A model generated the notes under the pieces. The model did not search any database, was not told the origin of the DNA, and saw nothing but the letters and a program-made list of their open reading frames with translations. Positions 49,743 through 60,100 of a stretch of 64,000 nt of DNA are shown here, one piece after another. The stretch is from Candidatus Latescibacterota bacterium. Lineage in GTDB: Bacteria; Latescibacterota; UBA2968; GCA-2709665. A program made the translations under genes and the position numbers. The stretch lies in NCBI GenBank assembly GCA_965248435.1, contig OZ252100.1:4480001-4544000 (forward strand), given 5' to 3'. How positions within the stretch are numbered: the stretch's first letter is position 1; every line of letters starts with the position of its first letter.

Positions 49743-49847
49743 ATGCCCTACAAATTCGAGAAGCTGGAGGTTTGGAAACTGGCACTAGAGAACATCGACA
49801 AGATCTATGCTTTTTCAGACGAACTCCTGGCGCAGGTCATATTGTAG
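49743..49847 (+). pseudogene. Truncated four-helix-bundle (23S rRNA-IVP/S23-like) gene
   Basis: RBS GAGGAGG; MPYKFEKLEVWKLAL..IDKIY, then stop after 34 aa; adjacent heptamer repeats. Confidence 0.7.
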
Positions 49848-49874
49848 CCCGACTCTCAAACGATTCGAACAGGT

Positions 49875-49905
49875 AAGCCCCCGGAAAGGCATTGGGGGCT
49901 TTCTT
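49875..49905 (+). terminator. Intrinsic terminator
   Basis: AAGCCCCC/GGGGGCTT stem followed by TCTT. Confidence 0.6.
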
Positions 49906-49979
49906 AATTTGTTGTAGTTTGAAAGTAAGCGAGTGGGGCTGGGGCCTTCGATTTAATTTCAAGCAATGAGGTTGGAAAG

Positions 49980-52397
49980 ATGCTAGAGGAACTGTCGGCG
50001 GACCGGGTCAGAAATATCTGCGATCCCAACCAATTGGGGCTCCAGACGACGAGGGATTGTCCGCCGCTCGAGGGGATCATCGGACAGAAGCGTGCCGTGC
50101 AGGCCCTTCAGTTTGGTCTGGAGATTCCTGAGCGGGGTTTCAACATCTACGTGGCCGGTCTGCCCGGCACGGGCAAGACCACTGCCGTGATCTCCTTTCT
50201 GGAGGAACGTGCTCGGAGCCGGCCGGTACCCCCAGACTGGGTCTATGTAAACAATTTCAAGGACCCGTACCAGCCGAAGGTGCTTAAGCTGCCGGCGGGC
50301 AGAGGGCGAGCCTTCCAGAGGGGAGTAAGGGCCTTCGTCGATCGGGCAAGGTCTGGACTTCAGCATGCCTTCGAAAGCGAGGAATACGAAGCGCGAAAAG
50401 CGGAAGTTCGGGCGGATACCGATGGGCGGCGAGATACGCTCTTCCAGGGCATGGCCGACAGGGCCAAAGAGGCGGGGTTTCTCTTCCAGGTCACGCCGAT
50501 GGGCATGGTCGTCGCTGCGTTGAAGGATGGAAAGCCAGTGGACGCCAAGGCTTTTGCGGAACTTGAGCCTGAGGTGAGGGAAGACCTCGAAGCGAAGCGG
50601 GAGACCCTTCAGGATGGGCTCAAAGAGGTGATTAAGGAGGCCCACAAGCTGGACAAGACAGCGCAGGAGCGGACCGAGGAAATGGATCGGGAGGTTGCCA
50701 TCTACGCACTCGGCCACCTGATGGAGGACCTCCTCGAGTCCTATTCCGACATTCCAGATATCACGGCATACTTGAAAGAGATGCACGAAGACATCCTGGA
50801 GAATATCGGCCTTTTCAGATCGAATCCTGACGAAAAGAAAGATCCGAGACTCGAGGCCCTTCTTGGGGAGGGGGCTGCGTTCCGAAAGTACGAGGTCAAC
50901 GTGATCGTGGATAACCACGGACGTGAAGGGGCGCCGGTGGTTTTCGAAAGAAATCCCACCTATCCGAACCTCTTTGGAAGGATCGAAAAGGAAGCTCAAT
51001 TTGGGGCCTTGCAGACCGACTTCACGATGATCCGCGGGGGCTCGATTCATCGAGCCAACGGTGGATACCTGGTGATCCCCGTGCTGGAGATGCTCAGAAA
51101 CCTCTACGCCTGGGACGGGCTTAAAGGAGCAGTGCGCAACGAGGAGGTCGTTATCGAGGAACTCGGAGAACGGCTTGGTCACATAACCACCCGCGGCCTG
51201 AGACCGGAGCCAAGTCCACTCGAAGTGAAAGTGGTCCTGATCGGAAACCCCATGTATTACCAGATTCTTTACAACCAGGACGAGGACTTCAACGAGCTGT
51301 TCAAGGTGAAAGCAGACTTTGACACACGCATGGATCGTTCGGAAGAGAACATTCGCGACTATCTTGCCTTCGTCTGTACGCTGTGTGAGAAAGAGGGCCT
51401 TAGACAGCTGGACAGCCGGGGTGCCGCAAAGGTCATAGAGTTTGGATCCAGACAGGCAGACGACCAGGAAAAGCTATCGACTCACTTCAGGTTAGTGGCC
51501 GATCTCATCCGGGAAGCGAATTTCTGGGCAGGGCGCGACGGGCAGGATGAGGTGGGCGCTCCTCACGTCCAGAAGGCCATCGAGGAGAAGGTCTACCGGT
51601 CCAATCTGATTCAGGAACGGATCCAGGAAATGATTCGGCGCGGCAGTCTGCTGATCGACACCTCGGGCCAGACCCCGGGCCAAATCAATGGGTTGGCGGT
51701 CCTGAATGTGGGCGATTATCACTTTGGCCGTCCAAGTCGGATCACGGCGAGCATCGGCCTAGGCCGGGGCGGAATTGTGGATATCGAGCGGGAAGCAAAA
51801 CTCGGGGGGCCGATTCACACGAAGGGGGTACTCATCCTGAGCGGCTACCTGGTGCAGCAGTACGCCCAGGACAAACCGCTCTCGCTCTCTGCCCGGCTGG
51901 TGTTTGAACAGAGTTACGAGGGCGTTGAGGGAGACAGCGCGTCGTGTGCCGAACTCTACGCGCTCCTTTCGGCCCTCTCTGACCTGTCGATCCGACAGGG
52001 GATCGCGGTAACCGGATCGGTCAATCAGAACGGGGACGTCCAGGCCATCGGGGGGGTGAACGAGAAGATCGAAGGATTTTTCGAGGTATGTAAGGCCGCG
52101 GGACTGTCGGGCGAACAGGGGGTGCTGATTCCGGACAGCAACGTCCAGAATCTCATGCTCAAAGAGGAAGTTGTAGAGGCCATCCGGGCAGGTAAGTTTC
52201 ATGTCTGGCCGGCGCAGACGATCGATGAAGGGATCGAGGTGCTTACCGGCGTGCCTGCCGGCGTTCGTGGCACAGATGGTACGTATCCCGAGGAGAGCGT
52301 GCACGGCCTTGTCATTGGCAGGTTGGACGAGCTGGCCAAACGGATGAAATCATTCGCACAGGACGAGTCACCAGAGAAGAGGTCAGAAGAGAACTAG
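49980..52397 (+). CDS. Lon-like (LonB/LonC-type) AAA protease, S16
   Basis: Walker A GLPGTGKT; catalytic EGDSAS and GGVNEKIEGF. Confidence 0.92.
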   Translation: MLEELSADRVRNICDPNQLGLQTTRDCPPLEGIIGQKRAVQALQFGLEIPERGFNIYVAGLPGTGKTTAVISFLEERARSRPVPPDWVYVNNFKDPYQPKVLKLPAGRGRAFQRGVRAFVDRARSGLQHAFESEEYEARKAEVRADTDGRRDTLFQGMADRAKEAGFLFQVTPMGMVVAALKDGKPVDAKAFAELEPEVREDLEAKRETLQDGLKEVIKEAHKLDKTAQERTEEMDREVAIYALGHLMEDLLESYSDIPDITAYLKEMHEDILENIGLFRSNPDEKKDPRLEALLGEGAAFRKYEVNVIVDNHGREGAPVVFERNPTYPNLFGRIEKEAQFGALQTDFTMIRGGSIHRANGGYLVIPVLEMLRNLYAWDGLKGAVRNEEVVIEELGERLGHITTRGLRPEPSPLEVKVVLIGNPMYYQILYNQDEDFNELFKVKADFDTRMDRSEENIRDYLAFVCTLCEKEGLRQLDSRGAAKVIEFGSRQADDQEKLSTHFRLVADLIREANFWAGRDGQDEVGAPHVQKAIEEKVYRSNLIQERIQEMIRRGSLLIDTSGQTPGQINGLAVLNVGDYHFGRPSRITASIGLGRGGIVDIEREAKLGGPIHTKGVLILSGYLVQQYAQDKPLSLSARLVFEQSYEGVEGDSASCAELYALLSALSDLSIRQGIAVTGSVNQNGDVQAIGGVNEKIEGFFEVCKAAGLSGEQGVLIPDSNVQNLMLKEEVVEAIRAGKFHVWPAQTIDEGIEVLTGVPAGVRGTDGTYPEESVHGLVIGRLDELAKRMKSFAQDESPEKRSEEN

Positions 52398-52435
52398 CCC
52401 GAGGTTTGAGAATCGAGTAATGGAGGAGTCCAAAC

Positions 52436-53323
52436 ATGAACGCCGAACTCATCCGCGGGATCATCCCTGCGATGATTACCCCGATGACCGAGGAAGAGGA
52501 GCTGGACAGGGAGGGATTCAAACGGCTCATCGACCATATGATCGACCGAGGCGTGCACGGAATCTTCACGGTGGGAACGGCCGGCGAATTCTGGGCCCTG
52601 AGTGTGGAGGAGAAGCGACAGATCTACGGATGGACGGTGGAGGATGTGGATGGCCGCGTGCCCGTGTATGCAGGCACCTGTGCCAATACGACTCGCGAGG
52701 CGGTTCTGCTGGCCGAGATCGCCCAGGAGGCCGGTGTGGACTGCCTGTCGGTGCTGACGCCAAATTTTATTTTGCCGAATCAGGAGGAGATGTTCTCGCA
52801 CTACGGGGCGGTCGCGAAGGCGGTGGACCTCCCGATCCTGCTCTACGACAACCCCGCGCGAACGGGGAACAAGCTGTCCGTGGATCTGGTCGTCCGGTTG
52901 GCGGAGCGGTTCGAGAATATCGTCGGGATCAAGGACAGTTCAGGAGACTTCGCACAAACGCTGGAATACCTACGCCGCACCCCCGAAGGGTTCAAAACGA
53001 TCATGGGAAGAGATTCGCTGATCTACTCGTCTCTGACACACGGAGCCGCGGGCGCGATCGCAGCGACGGCGAACATCGGGCCCGACCTGGCTGTCGGGAT
53101 CTACGAATGCTACATCAAGGGGGACCTGGAGGGGGCGATGGCGTTCCAGCGGCGTCTCGCTCCCCTGCGTCTCGCGTTTTCAATCGGGACCCAGCCGGCC
53201 ATGTTAAAAGCCGGAGCCGAACTGGCCGGGCTTCCGGGTGGACCTCCGCGGAGTCCTGTCAGCCCCCTGACGGAGGATGAGCGCGAACAGCTTCAGAAGA
53301 TCATCGAGGGTGTAGAAATCTGA
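52436..53323 (+). CDS. DapA/NanA-family aldolase
   Basis: GIIPAMITP, GTAGEF, LYDNP.RTG, GIKDSSG. Confidence 0.9.
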   Translation: MNAELIRGIIPAMITPMTEEEELDREGFKRLIDHMIDRGVHGIFTVGTAGEFWALSVEEKRQIYGWTVEDVDGRVPVYAGTCANTTREAVLLAEIAQEAGVDCLSVLTPNFILPNQEEMFSHYGAVAKAVDLPILLYDNPARTGNKLSVDLVVRLAERFENIVGIKDSSGDFAQTLEYLRRTPEGFKTIMGRDSLIYSSLTHGAAGAIAATANIGPDLAVGIYECYIKGDLEGAMAFQRRLAPLRLAFSIGTQPAMLKAGAELAGLPGGPPRSPVSPLTEDEREQLQKIIEGVEI

Positions 53324-53343
53324 ATGCGAATAAAGTTCTCTTT

Positions 53344-53381
53344 AGGGACAGGCCCGTCCCAGGTGGGACGCCCCTTTCACA
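53344..53381. promoter_or_regulatory. Candidate enhancer (UAS) 4, tandem palindromes
   Basis: AGGGACA-ggcc-CGTCCCA and TGGGACG-cccc-TTTCACA, starts 20 bp apart. Confidence 0.65.
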
Positions 53382-53488
53382 AAATGACACCAGCTCAGGG
53401 TTCTGATGGGCTCAATACAGTCCATATAAAACGTTGTTTTATAATATGTTAAAGCTAAAATGAGAAGATTTCATAAATGAAAAGGGCA

Positions 53489-53503
53489 CGGCATAGAGTT
53501 TGC
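53489..53503 (+). promoter_or_regulatory. Sigma54 promoter 4
   Basis: CGGCAT-agagt-TTGC, preceded by an AT-rich tract. Confidence 0.7.
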
Positions 53504-53598
53504 CTGGAAACCTGAGGAGCTTTGATCTTCCTTGGGATCGTGTATATTCTGCTGGAATCACGTCACTTGCCGTTTTGTTTGAATGGAAGGAAGATGCG

Positions 53599-53943
53599 TT
53601 GATACGAGCCTCTTCAAGATACTTGATGGTTTTGGCCATCGTGCTCCCGGTCCTCAGCTGTTTCTGCTGGGTGCCGATCCAGGCAGAGGCCTGTCATTCG
53701 TCCGCAGAGATGGCCGATTGTTGCTGCAACGAACAGGGCATCTCCAAGGGTGGCACGACGGATCTGGTATATGTCCTCCCTTATCCCACGCCGAAGTTGC
53801 CCGAGCTCCAGAGTTTCGCTGTCCTTCAGAATTCCGTTTCTCTGCAAACCACCCTTTTCATCGATCGGGAGCCAACTGCATCCCACCTTCGTTCTCGATC
53901 CTTCCCTTCTTTATATCTCCTCAACTCCTCCTTCCTGCTTTGA
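53599..53943 (+). CDS. Cys-rich exported leader protein upstream of the metal-efflux operon
   Basis: Signal-like helix with CFC, ACH, DCCC; C-terminal PSLYLLNSSFLL. Confidence 0.65.
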   Translation: MIRASSRYLMVLAIVLPVLSCFCWVPIQAEACHSSAEMADCCCNEQGISKGGTTDLVYVLPYPTPKLPELQSFAVLQNSVSLQTTLFIDREPTASHLRSRSFPSLYLLNSSFLL

Positions 53944-54173
53944 TCCTCTTCCAGTAGGGGAAGTGTGCACCTGGGTGGGGAGGGGGCGTTTCAGTCCCTG
54001 TCCCGCATCAGGAGTTTGCCAGGATAGGTGTGACACGCGTGTCGCACGTGATTGTCGAACCCTGCATCTATCCCCTACTCCCAACTCTCTTTTTCCAAAG
54101 TTCTCTGTTGCACAGTAGGATAACATCCAGGCCCAGGGTCTAATGGCTCTGGTACGCTATTCGTTTTGACTGG

Positions 54174-55487
54174 ATGTTTGGACCTCAAAAATGGATGGAG
54201 ATGTCGATGGGGACCAGACTGAAGCTTTTGAGATTACTGGGCGTCCCGTTGATCCTTGTGGTTTTGGGCTGGGAGCCGGCTCGCGCCCAGGAATTGGACC
54301 TGAAAGCACTCATAGACGAGGCGTTGACGAACAACCCGGAGCTGAGCGTGCTCGAGCATCAATGGGAGGCATTCGAGACACGGGTACCGCAGGCCGGGGC
54401 CCTGGATGATCCCGTGTTCCGGTTCGATGCCCTGAACCTGCCATCCAGCTCATTCGACTTCGACAGCACTCCGATGTCCGGGAAGATGTTCACGTTCAGC
54501 CAACAGGTCCCCTTCCCGGGCACGCTGGCGGCAAAGGAACAGGTGGCCCAGCACGCCGCCGCTACGGCCCTGGCCGCCTTCCAGGACCGGGAAGGGACGA
54601 TCGTCAGCCTGGTCAAGCAGGCCTACTTCACCCTGGCCTTCCTGGATCGGGCGATCGAGATCACAGCGAAGAACGAGGCGCTGCTGAAGGATTTTGTCCG
54701 GATCGCTCAGACGAAGTATGCGGTGGGGCGAGGGGTGCAACAAGATGTGCTCAAAGCGCAGGTGTCGCGTTCGGGGTTGATGGATCAGCTGTTGGTTCTC
54801 AAGAGTAAGCGTCGCATGACCGAGGCCAGGCTCAATCTCGTGCTGAATCGACCTCCGCAAGAGCAAGTGGGCATACCGGGCAAGGTCGCATTGACTCCGT
54901 TCCAGATGCCTTTGGAGGAAATCCAACAGGCCGCCCTGGACAATCGCCCCCTTTTGAAGGGGATCGACAGGACCATTCAGCAATGGGCAGCCTCGGAGAA
55001 TCTTGCGAGCCGACAATACTGGCCGAATTTCAACTTCAGCTTCGGTTATCGCCAGAGGGCGTTTATGCCGGGAGATCCTGTCGCGGGGAACGACTTTCTC
55101 TCGTTCGGGATCGGAATGAACCTCCCGATCTACCGCGGGCGAAAGCAGCGCCAGCAGGTGCTGGAGGCACAGGCAAAGTCACGGATGGCGGAGGCGCAGC
55201 GTCAAGCCGCGAGGCAGCGTGTCCTTTTCCAGGTACAGACGATCTATCTGGAGATCGAACAGCACCGGGAAGAGGCCGGGCTGTTCAAGACGGCGATTTT
55301 GCCCCAGGCTGAACAGTCTCTGGAATCGGCGATGGCGGGCTACCAGGTGGACAAGGTCGATTTTCTTACGTTGCTGAATAATCAACTCACGCTATTCAAT
55401 TTCGAGATCGACTACTTTCGACACGTAATCGGGCACGAAAAACGGCTCGCTGAGCTGGAGGCCGTGATCGGAAGGCGGTTGTTCTAG
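54174..55487 (+). CDS. TolC-family outer-membrane efflux protein (CusC-like)
   Basis: EALTNNPEL, QAGALDDP, PFPG.L, YQVDKVDFLTLL. Confidence 0.92.
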   Translation: MFGPQKWMEMSMGTRLKLLRLLGVPLILVVLGWEPARAQELDLKALIDEALTNNPELSVLEHQWEAFETRVPQAGALDDPVFRFDALNLPSSSFDFDSTPMSGKMFTFSQQVPFPGTLAAKEQVAQHAAATALAAFQDREGTIVSLVKQAYFTLAFLDRAIEITAKNEALLKDFVRIAQTKYAVGRGVQQDVLKAQVSRSGLMDQLLVLKSKRRMTEARLNLVLNRPPQEQVGIPGKVALTPFQMPLEEIQQAALDNRPLLKGIDRTIQQWAASENLASRQYWPNFNFSFGYRQRAFMPGDPVAGNDFLSFGIGMNLPIYRGRKQRQQVLEAQAKSRMAEAQRQAARQRVLFQVQTIYLEIEQHREEAGLFKTAILPQAEQSLESAMAGYQVDKVDFLTLLNNQLTLFNFEIDYFRHVIGHEKRLAELEAVIGRRLF

Positions 55488-55509
55488 TCGACAGAAAGAG
55501 GCCGGTTTC

Positions 55510-56904
55510 ATGGATAAGAGACAAATCATTGCGGTCACGCTCGCCCTCGGGATTGGGATCGGGATCGGGGTCTGGATCGGTGGAGATGAGGGGACAGGTC
55601 AGGTGGGGGCGGAGGACGCGGTCTACTACTGTCCCATGCATCCCACCTACGTATCAGATAGGCCCGGATCCTGTCCGGTCTGCGGGATGGACCTCGTAAA
55701 AGAGAAAGCGCCGGCGGAGGCTCACGTGCACAAGGGCTCCACCGCCTCAGGAGAGCGGAAGATCCTCCACTGGCGCGCGCCGATGGACCCCAATTATACC
55801 TCCGACACGCCGGGCAAGTCCCCGATGGGGATGGAACTGATCCCGGTTTACGAGGACGAAGTGATGGGTGCCGGGGGAGGCGTCAGTATCGATCCCCAAA
55901 CGGTGCAAAACATCGGCGTGAAGACAGCGGTGGTGGAGCACCGGCCGCTGACCCGGATGGTGCGAACGGTAGGGCGCGTGGACTACGACGAGACCCGGAT
56001 CACGGACGTCAACACGAAAGTGATGGGATGGGTCGAAAAGCTGTTTGTGGACTATACGGGCCAATCGGTGAGCAAGGGACAGCCGCTTCTCGAGATCTAC
56101 AGCCCTGAGCTGGTCGCGGCCCAGGAAGAGTATCTGACGGCGCTGGACTACAACCGGCGTCTGGAGCAGGGTGCAGTCGAGGAGATTGCGACGGGCGCTC
56201 GGGAGCTGCTGAACTCGACGAAGCAGCGGCTGCTCTACTGGGACATCACAGAGGAGCAGATTGGCGAGTTGGAACGGACGCGCCTGGTGAAGCGGACGAT
56301 GATGATTCACTCGCCTCAGGAAGGCGTCGTAGTGCACAAGGCGGTGTTGGACGGGGCACATATCAAAGCCGGTCAGCACCTCTACCGGATCGCAGATCTC
56401 TCTCGCGTGTGGATCTATGCCGACATCTACGAGCACGAGCTGCCCTGGATCAAGGTGGGACAGGAGGCGGAGGTGACGCTTTCTTATGCGCCGGGCAGAG
56501 TTTTCGAGGGGAAGGTGACCAACGTCTATCCTTTTCTGGAGGAGAAGACACGAACCGTGAAAGTGCGGATGGTCTTCCCGAATCCTGAGATGGAGTTGAA
56601 GCCGCAGATGTACGCGAACGTAAAGATCAGGCCGGTAATCTCCAGGCACGCAATCGTCATTCCTACTCAGGCAGTGATCCACTCCGGGGAACGCAACGTC
56701 GTGATCCTGGATCTCGGGGAGGGACGCTTTCTGCCCAGGGAGGTCAAGCTGGGCGTCGAGGCGGAAGGGATCTATGAAGTGCTTGAAGGCCTTAAGGGCG
56801 GGGAACGGATTGTCACGTCTGCGCACTTCCTGATCGATTCGGAGAGCAACCTGAAGGCGGCGCTCGCCGGGATGGCCAATGGAGAGGAAGAGGAGGTCGA
56901 ATAA
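55510..56904 (+). CDS. cusB: Heavy-metal RND membrane fusion protein
   Basis: YCPMHP...CPVCGMDL and APMDP...KSPMGMEL metal-binding domains; YSPELVAAQEEY; FLIDSESNL. Confidence 0.92.
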   Translation: MDKRQIIAVTLALGIGIGIGVWIGGDEGTGQVGAEDAVYYCPMHPTYVSDRPGSCPVCGMDLVKEKAPAEAHVHKGSTASGERKILHWRAPMDPNYTSDTPGKSPMGMELIPVYEDEVMGAGGGVSIDPQTVQNIGVKTAVVEHRPLTRMVRTVGRVDYDETRITDVNTKVMGWVEKLFVDYTGQSVSKGQPLLEIYSPELVAAQEEYLTALDYNRRLEQGAVEEIATGARELLNSTKQRLLYWDITEEQIGELERTRLVKRTMMIHSPQEGVVVHKAVLDGAHIKAGQHLYRIADLSRVWIYADIYEHELPWIKVGQEAEVTLSYAPGRVFEGKVTNVYPFLEEKTRTVKVRMVFPNPEMELKPQMYANVKIRPVISRHAIVIPTQAVIHSGERNVVILDLGEGRFLPREVKLGVEAEGIYEVLEGLKGGERIVTSAHFLIDSESNLKAALAGMANGEEEEVE

Positions 56905-56947
56905 CCAGCGATGCCTGCCGGGCATCAGCATTAGCGAATCTCGCTAG

Positions 56948-57075
56948 AACCGGGTACCGGGATAGGTAGATAGGTTACAGGGATCTTACGGTTTGGGGGC
57001 GACGCTGGGTCGCCCCGGGAAATCAAAACACGGGTACCGGGTACCGTAAAACCAGCTACCGGGACTCAGTACCAG
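56948..57075. repeat. Heptamer (CCGGGTA-like) repeats with a GC hairpin in the cusB-cusA spacer
   Basis: ccgggta ccggga..., cgggtac cgggtac, ccagcta ccggga; hairpin GGGGCGAC/GTCGCCCC. Confidence 0.6.
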
Positions 57076-57092
57076 AGATGGTCATGAGCCCG

Positions 57093-57118
57093 GTAGGGGC
57101 GAATCTTGTGTTCGCCTG
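57093..57118. repeat. GTAG-type REP (second subfamily)
   Basis: GTAGGGGCGAATCTTGTGTTCGCCT. Confidence 0.7.
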
Positions 57119-57189
57119 TTAGGCCTGATTACGTGAATTGAGCGACCGCTGGGGTCGAACGTGTCAAGAGAAGGCCAGGGGATTTGATT

Positions 57190-60100
57190 ATGCTGGAAAA
57201 AATCATTGAAGCGAGTCTGCGGAATCGCTTTCTGATCGTGCTGGGAACGGCCTTCGCCATCGGGTGGGGACTCTACGCGATGTGGAATACCCCACTGGAT
57301 GCGATACCGGACCTGTCTGACGTACAGGTGATTATCTTCACAGAATTTCCGGGTCAGGCACCGCAGGTCGTTGAGGACCAGGTGACCTACCCGCTGACCA
57401 CGGCGATGCTGGCTGTTCCGTATGCGAAGGTGGTTCGCGGATATTCCTTCTTCGGGCTGTCGTTTGTCTACGTCATCTTCGAGGACGGAACGGATATGTA
57501 CTGGGCGCGCAGCCGGGTGCTGGAGTACCTCAACTTCGTCGCAGGTCGGCTGCCGAGCGGCGTGACCCCCACGCTTGGACCGGACGCGACCGGGGTGGGA
57601 TGGGTCTACGAGTACGTGCTGGAGGATACAACAGGGGCGCACGACCTGTCGGAACTGCGGTCGATTCAGGACTGGTACCTGCGATATGAACTCACGAGTG
57701 TGCCTGGCGTGTCGGAGGTGGCCAGCATAGGGGGTTTTGTCAAGCAGTACCAGGTGACCGTAGACCCCAACCGGCTTCTGGCGTATGACATGCCCCTGCA
57801 AAAGATCAAGACTGCGATCCGCAGGAGCAACAACGATGTGGGCGGGCGGCTGATCGAGATGGGCGAGACGGAGTTTATGGTGCGAGGGCTTGGCTACATA
57901 AAGTCTCTGGATGACATCCGGAGCATCCCGGTGGGGGTGGATGCCAACGGGACACCGGTCCGAGTCAGAGACGTCGCGACCGTAGAGTTGGGGCCGGAGA
58001 TGCGGCGCGGACTGGCCGACTGGAACGGCGAGGGAGAGATCGTCGGAGGGATCGTTGTGATGCGGTATGGGGAGAACGCCCTGGCCGTGATCAATCGGGT
58101 GCACGAGAAGCTGGAGGCACTCAAGCCCGGGCTTCCCGAAGGGGTCGTGATTCAGACGGCCTATGACCGGTCGGCCCTGATCCTTCGCGCAATCGACAAC
58201 CTGACGGAGAAGTTGATCGAGGAGAGCGTCGTTGTGGCGCTCGTGTGCATCATTTTCCTTCTGCACTTTCGGAGCGCGTTCGTTGCGATCTTCACGCTCC
58301 CGGTGGGCATCCTGATCTCCTTTACTGTGATGCTGAATCAGGGAATCAATGCAAACATCATGTCCCTGGGTGGGATCGCGATCGCGATCGGCGCCATGGT
58401 TGATGCAGCCATTGTGATGATCGAGAACGTTCACAAGCATATTGAACGCGACGGGGGGAAGAAGGAACACTGGGCGATCGTTCTGGATGCCTCCCGAGAG
58501 GTAGGTCCGGCGCTGTTCTACTCGCTGTTGATCATCACGCTTTCGTTTCTTCCGGTCTTTACGCTTCAGGCCCAAGAGGGACGGCTCTTCAAACCCCTGG
58601 CCTTTACAAAGACCTACGCGATGGCTGCGGCCGCGTTTCTCTCGATTACGATCGTCCCGGTGCTGATGGGCTACCTTATTCGCGGCCGGATTCTTCCCGA
58701 ACGGAAAAACCCGGTCAACCGGTTCCTGATCTGGGCCTATCGGCCGATGATCGATTGGGTGCTGCGCAATAAGGTGAAGACGATCGTTGTGGGCGGGGTC
58801 GTTCTGTTCGTGACGGTTTTCCCCTTTTCCAGCACGGTGCTGTCCCGGTTTTCGGAAAACCCTAGAAGCCTGAGCTACCGGGCGCTCGTAAACGTGGACC
58901 GGCTCTTTCCCCTGGAGAAGCTCGGTTCGGAGTTTATGCCACCGCTCTACGAGGGAGACCTGCTCTACATGCCGACGACGCTGCCCGGGATTTCGATCAC
59001 GAAGGCGAGGGAGCTCCTGCAGCAGACAGACAAGATCATCCGGACATTCCCTGAGGTCCACCACGTGTTCGGGAAGATCGGCCGAGCCGAGACGGCCACC
59101 GACCCGGCACCGCTGTCGATGATCGAAACGACGATTACGCTCAAACCGGAGAAGGAATGGCGTCCTGGAATGACACCAGGAAAGCTGGTGGATGATTTGA
59201 ACGAGGCCCTCCAGTTTCCGGGCTTGACGAACACCTGGACGATGCCGATCAAGACTCGAATCGACATGCTCTCGACAGGAATCAAGACCCCGGTGGGCAT
59301 CAAAGTCGTGGGGGACGATCTGGAGATCCTTCAACGTCTCGGGAGACGGATCGAGAAGGTGATGCGAAGGGTACCGGGGACACTGAGTGTGTATGCCGAG
59401 CGCGTGGCAGGGGGAAACTACCTGGACTTCGAAATCAACCGGGAGGAAGCCGCACGCTACGGGCTGACCGTCGGGGATGTACAGGACGTCATCATGTCGG
59501 CGGTCGGAGGGATGAACATCACCTACACGGTGGAGGGTCTGGAACGGTATCCGGTGAACCTGCGCTACGGGCGCGAACTGCGCGACAACCTGCCAGCGCT
59601 CAGACGCGTCCTGGTGCCAGCGCCGACCGGGGCCCAGGTGCCGATCGGTCAGCTGGCCGACATTCGGTTCAGAAAAGGGCCGCCGGGGATCAAGAGCGAA
59701 AACGCCCGTCTGAACGCGTGGGTCTATGTCGACATAAAGGGCATCGACGTTGGCACGTATGTGAAGCGCGCGCAGCAGGCCGTGCTGGAGGGCGTCGCCA
59801 TGCCGCCAGGCTATACGGTGATCTGGAGCGGACAGTATGAATACATGCAGCGGGCAGAGAAACGGCTGAAGGTCGTGATGCCCCTGACCCTGGGGATTAT
59901 CTTCCTGCTGCTGTTCCTGAATTTCCGAAATGTGATCGAAAGCCTCATCGTTATGCTCTCGCTGCCTTTCGCGCTCGTTGGCGGGATCTGGCTTATCTAC
60001 CTTCTCGATTACAACATGAGCATAGCTGTGGGCGTGGGCTTTATCGCTCTGGGAGGCGTAGCTGCAGAGACTGGCGTGGTCATGCTGATCTATCTTGACC

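Noticed and set aside
55547-55580. GGGATC hexamer repeat
   Set aside because: Simply encodes the GIGIGIG transmembrane segment of CusB
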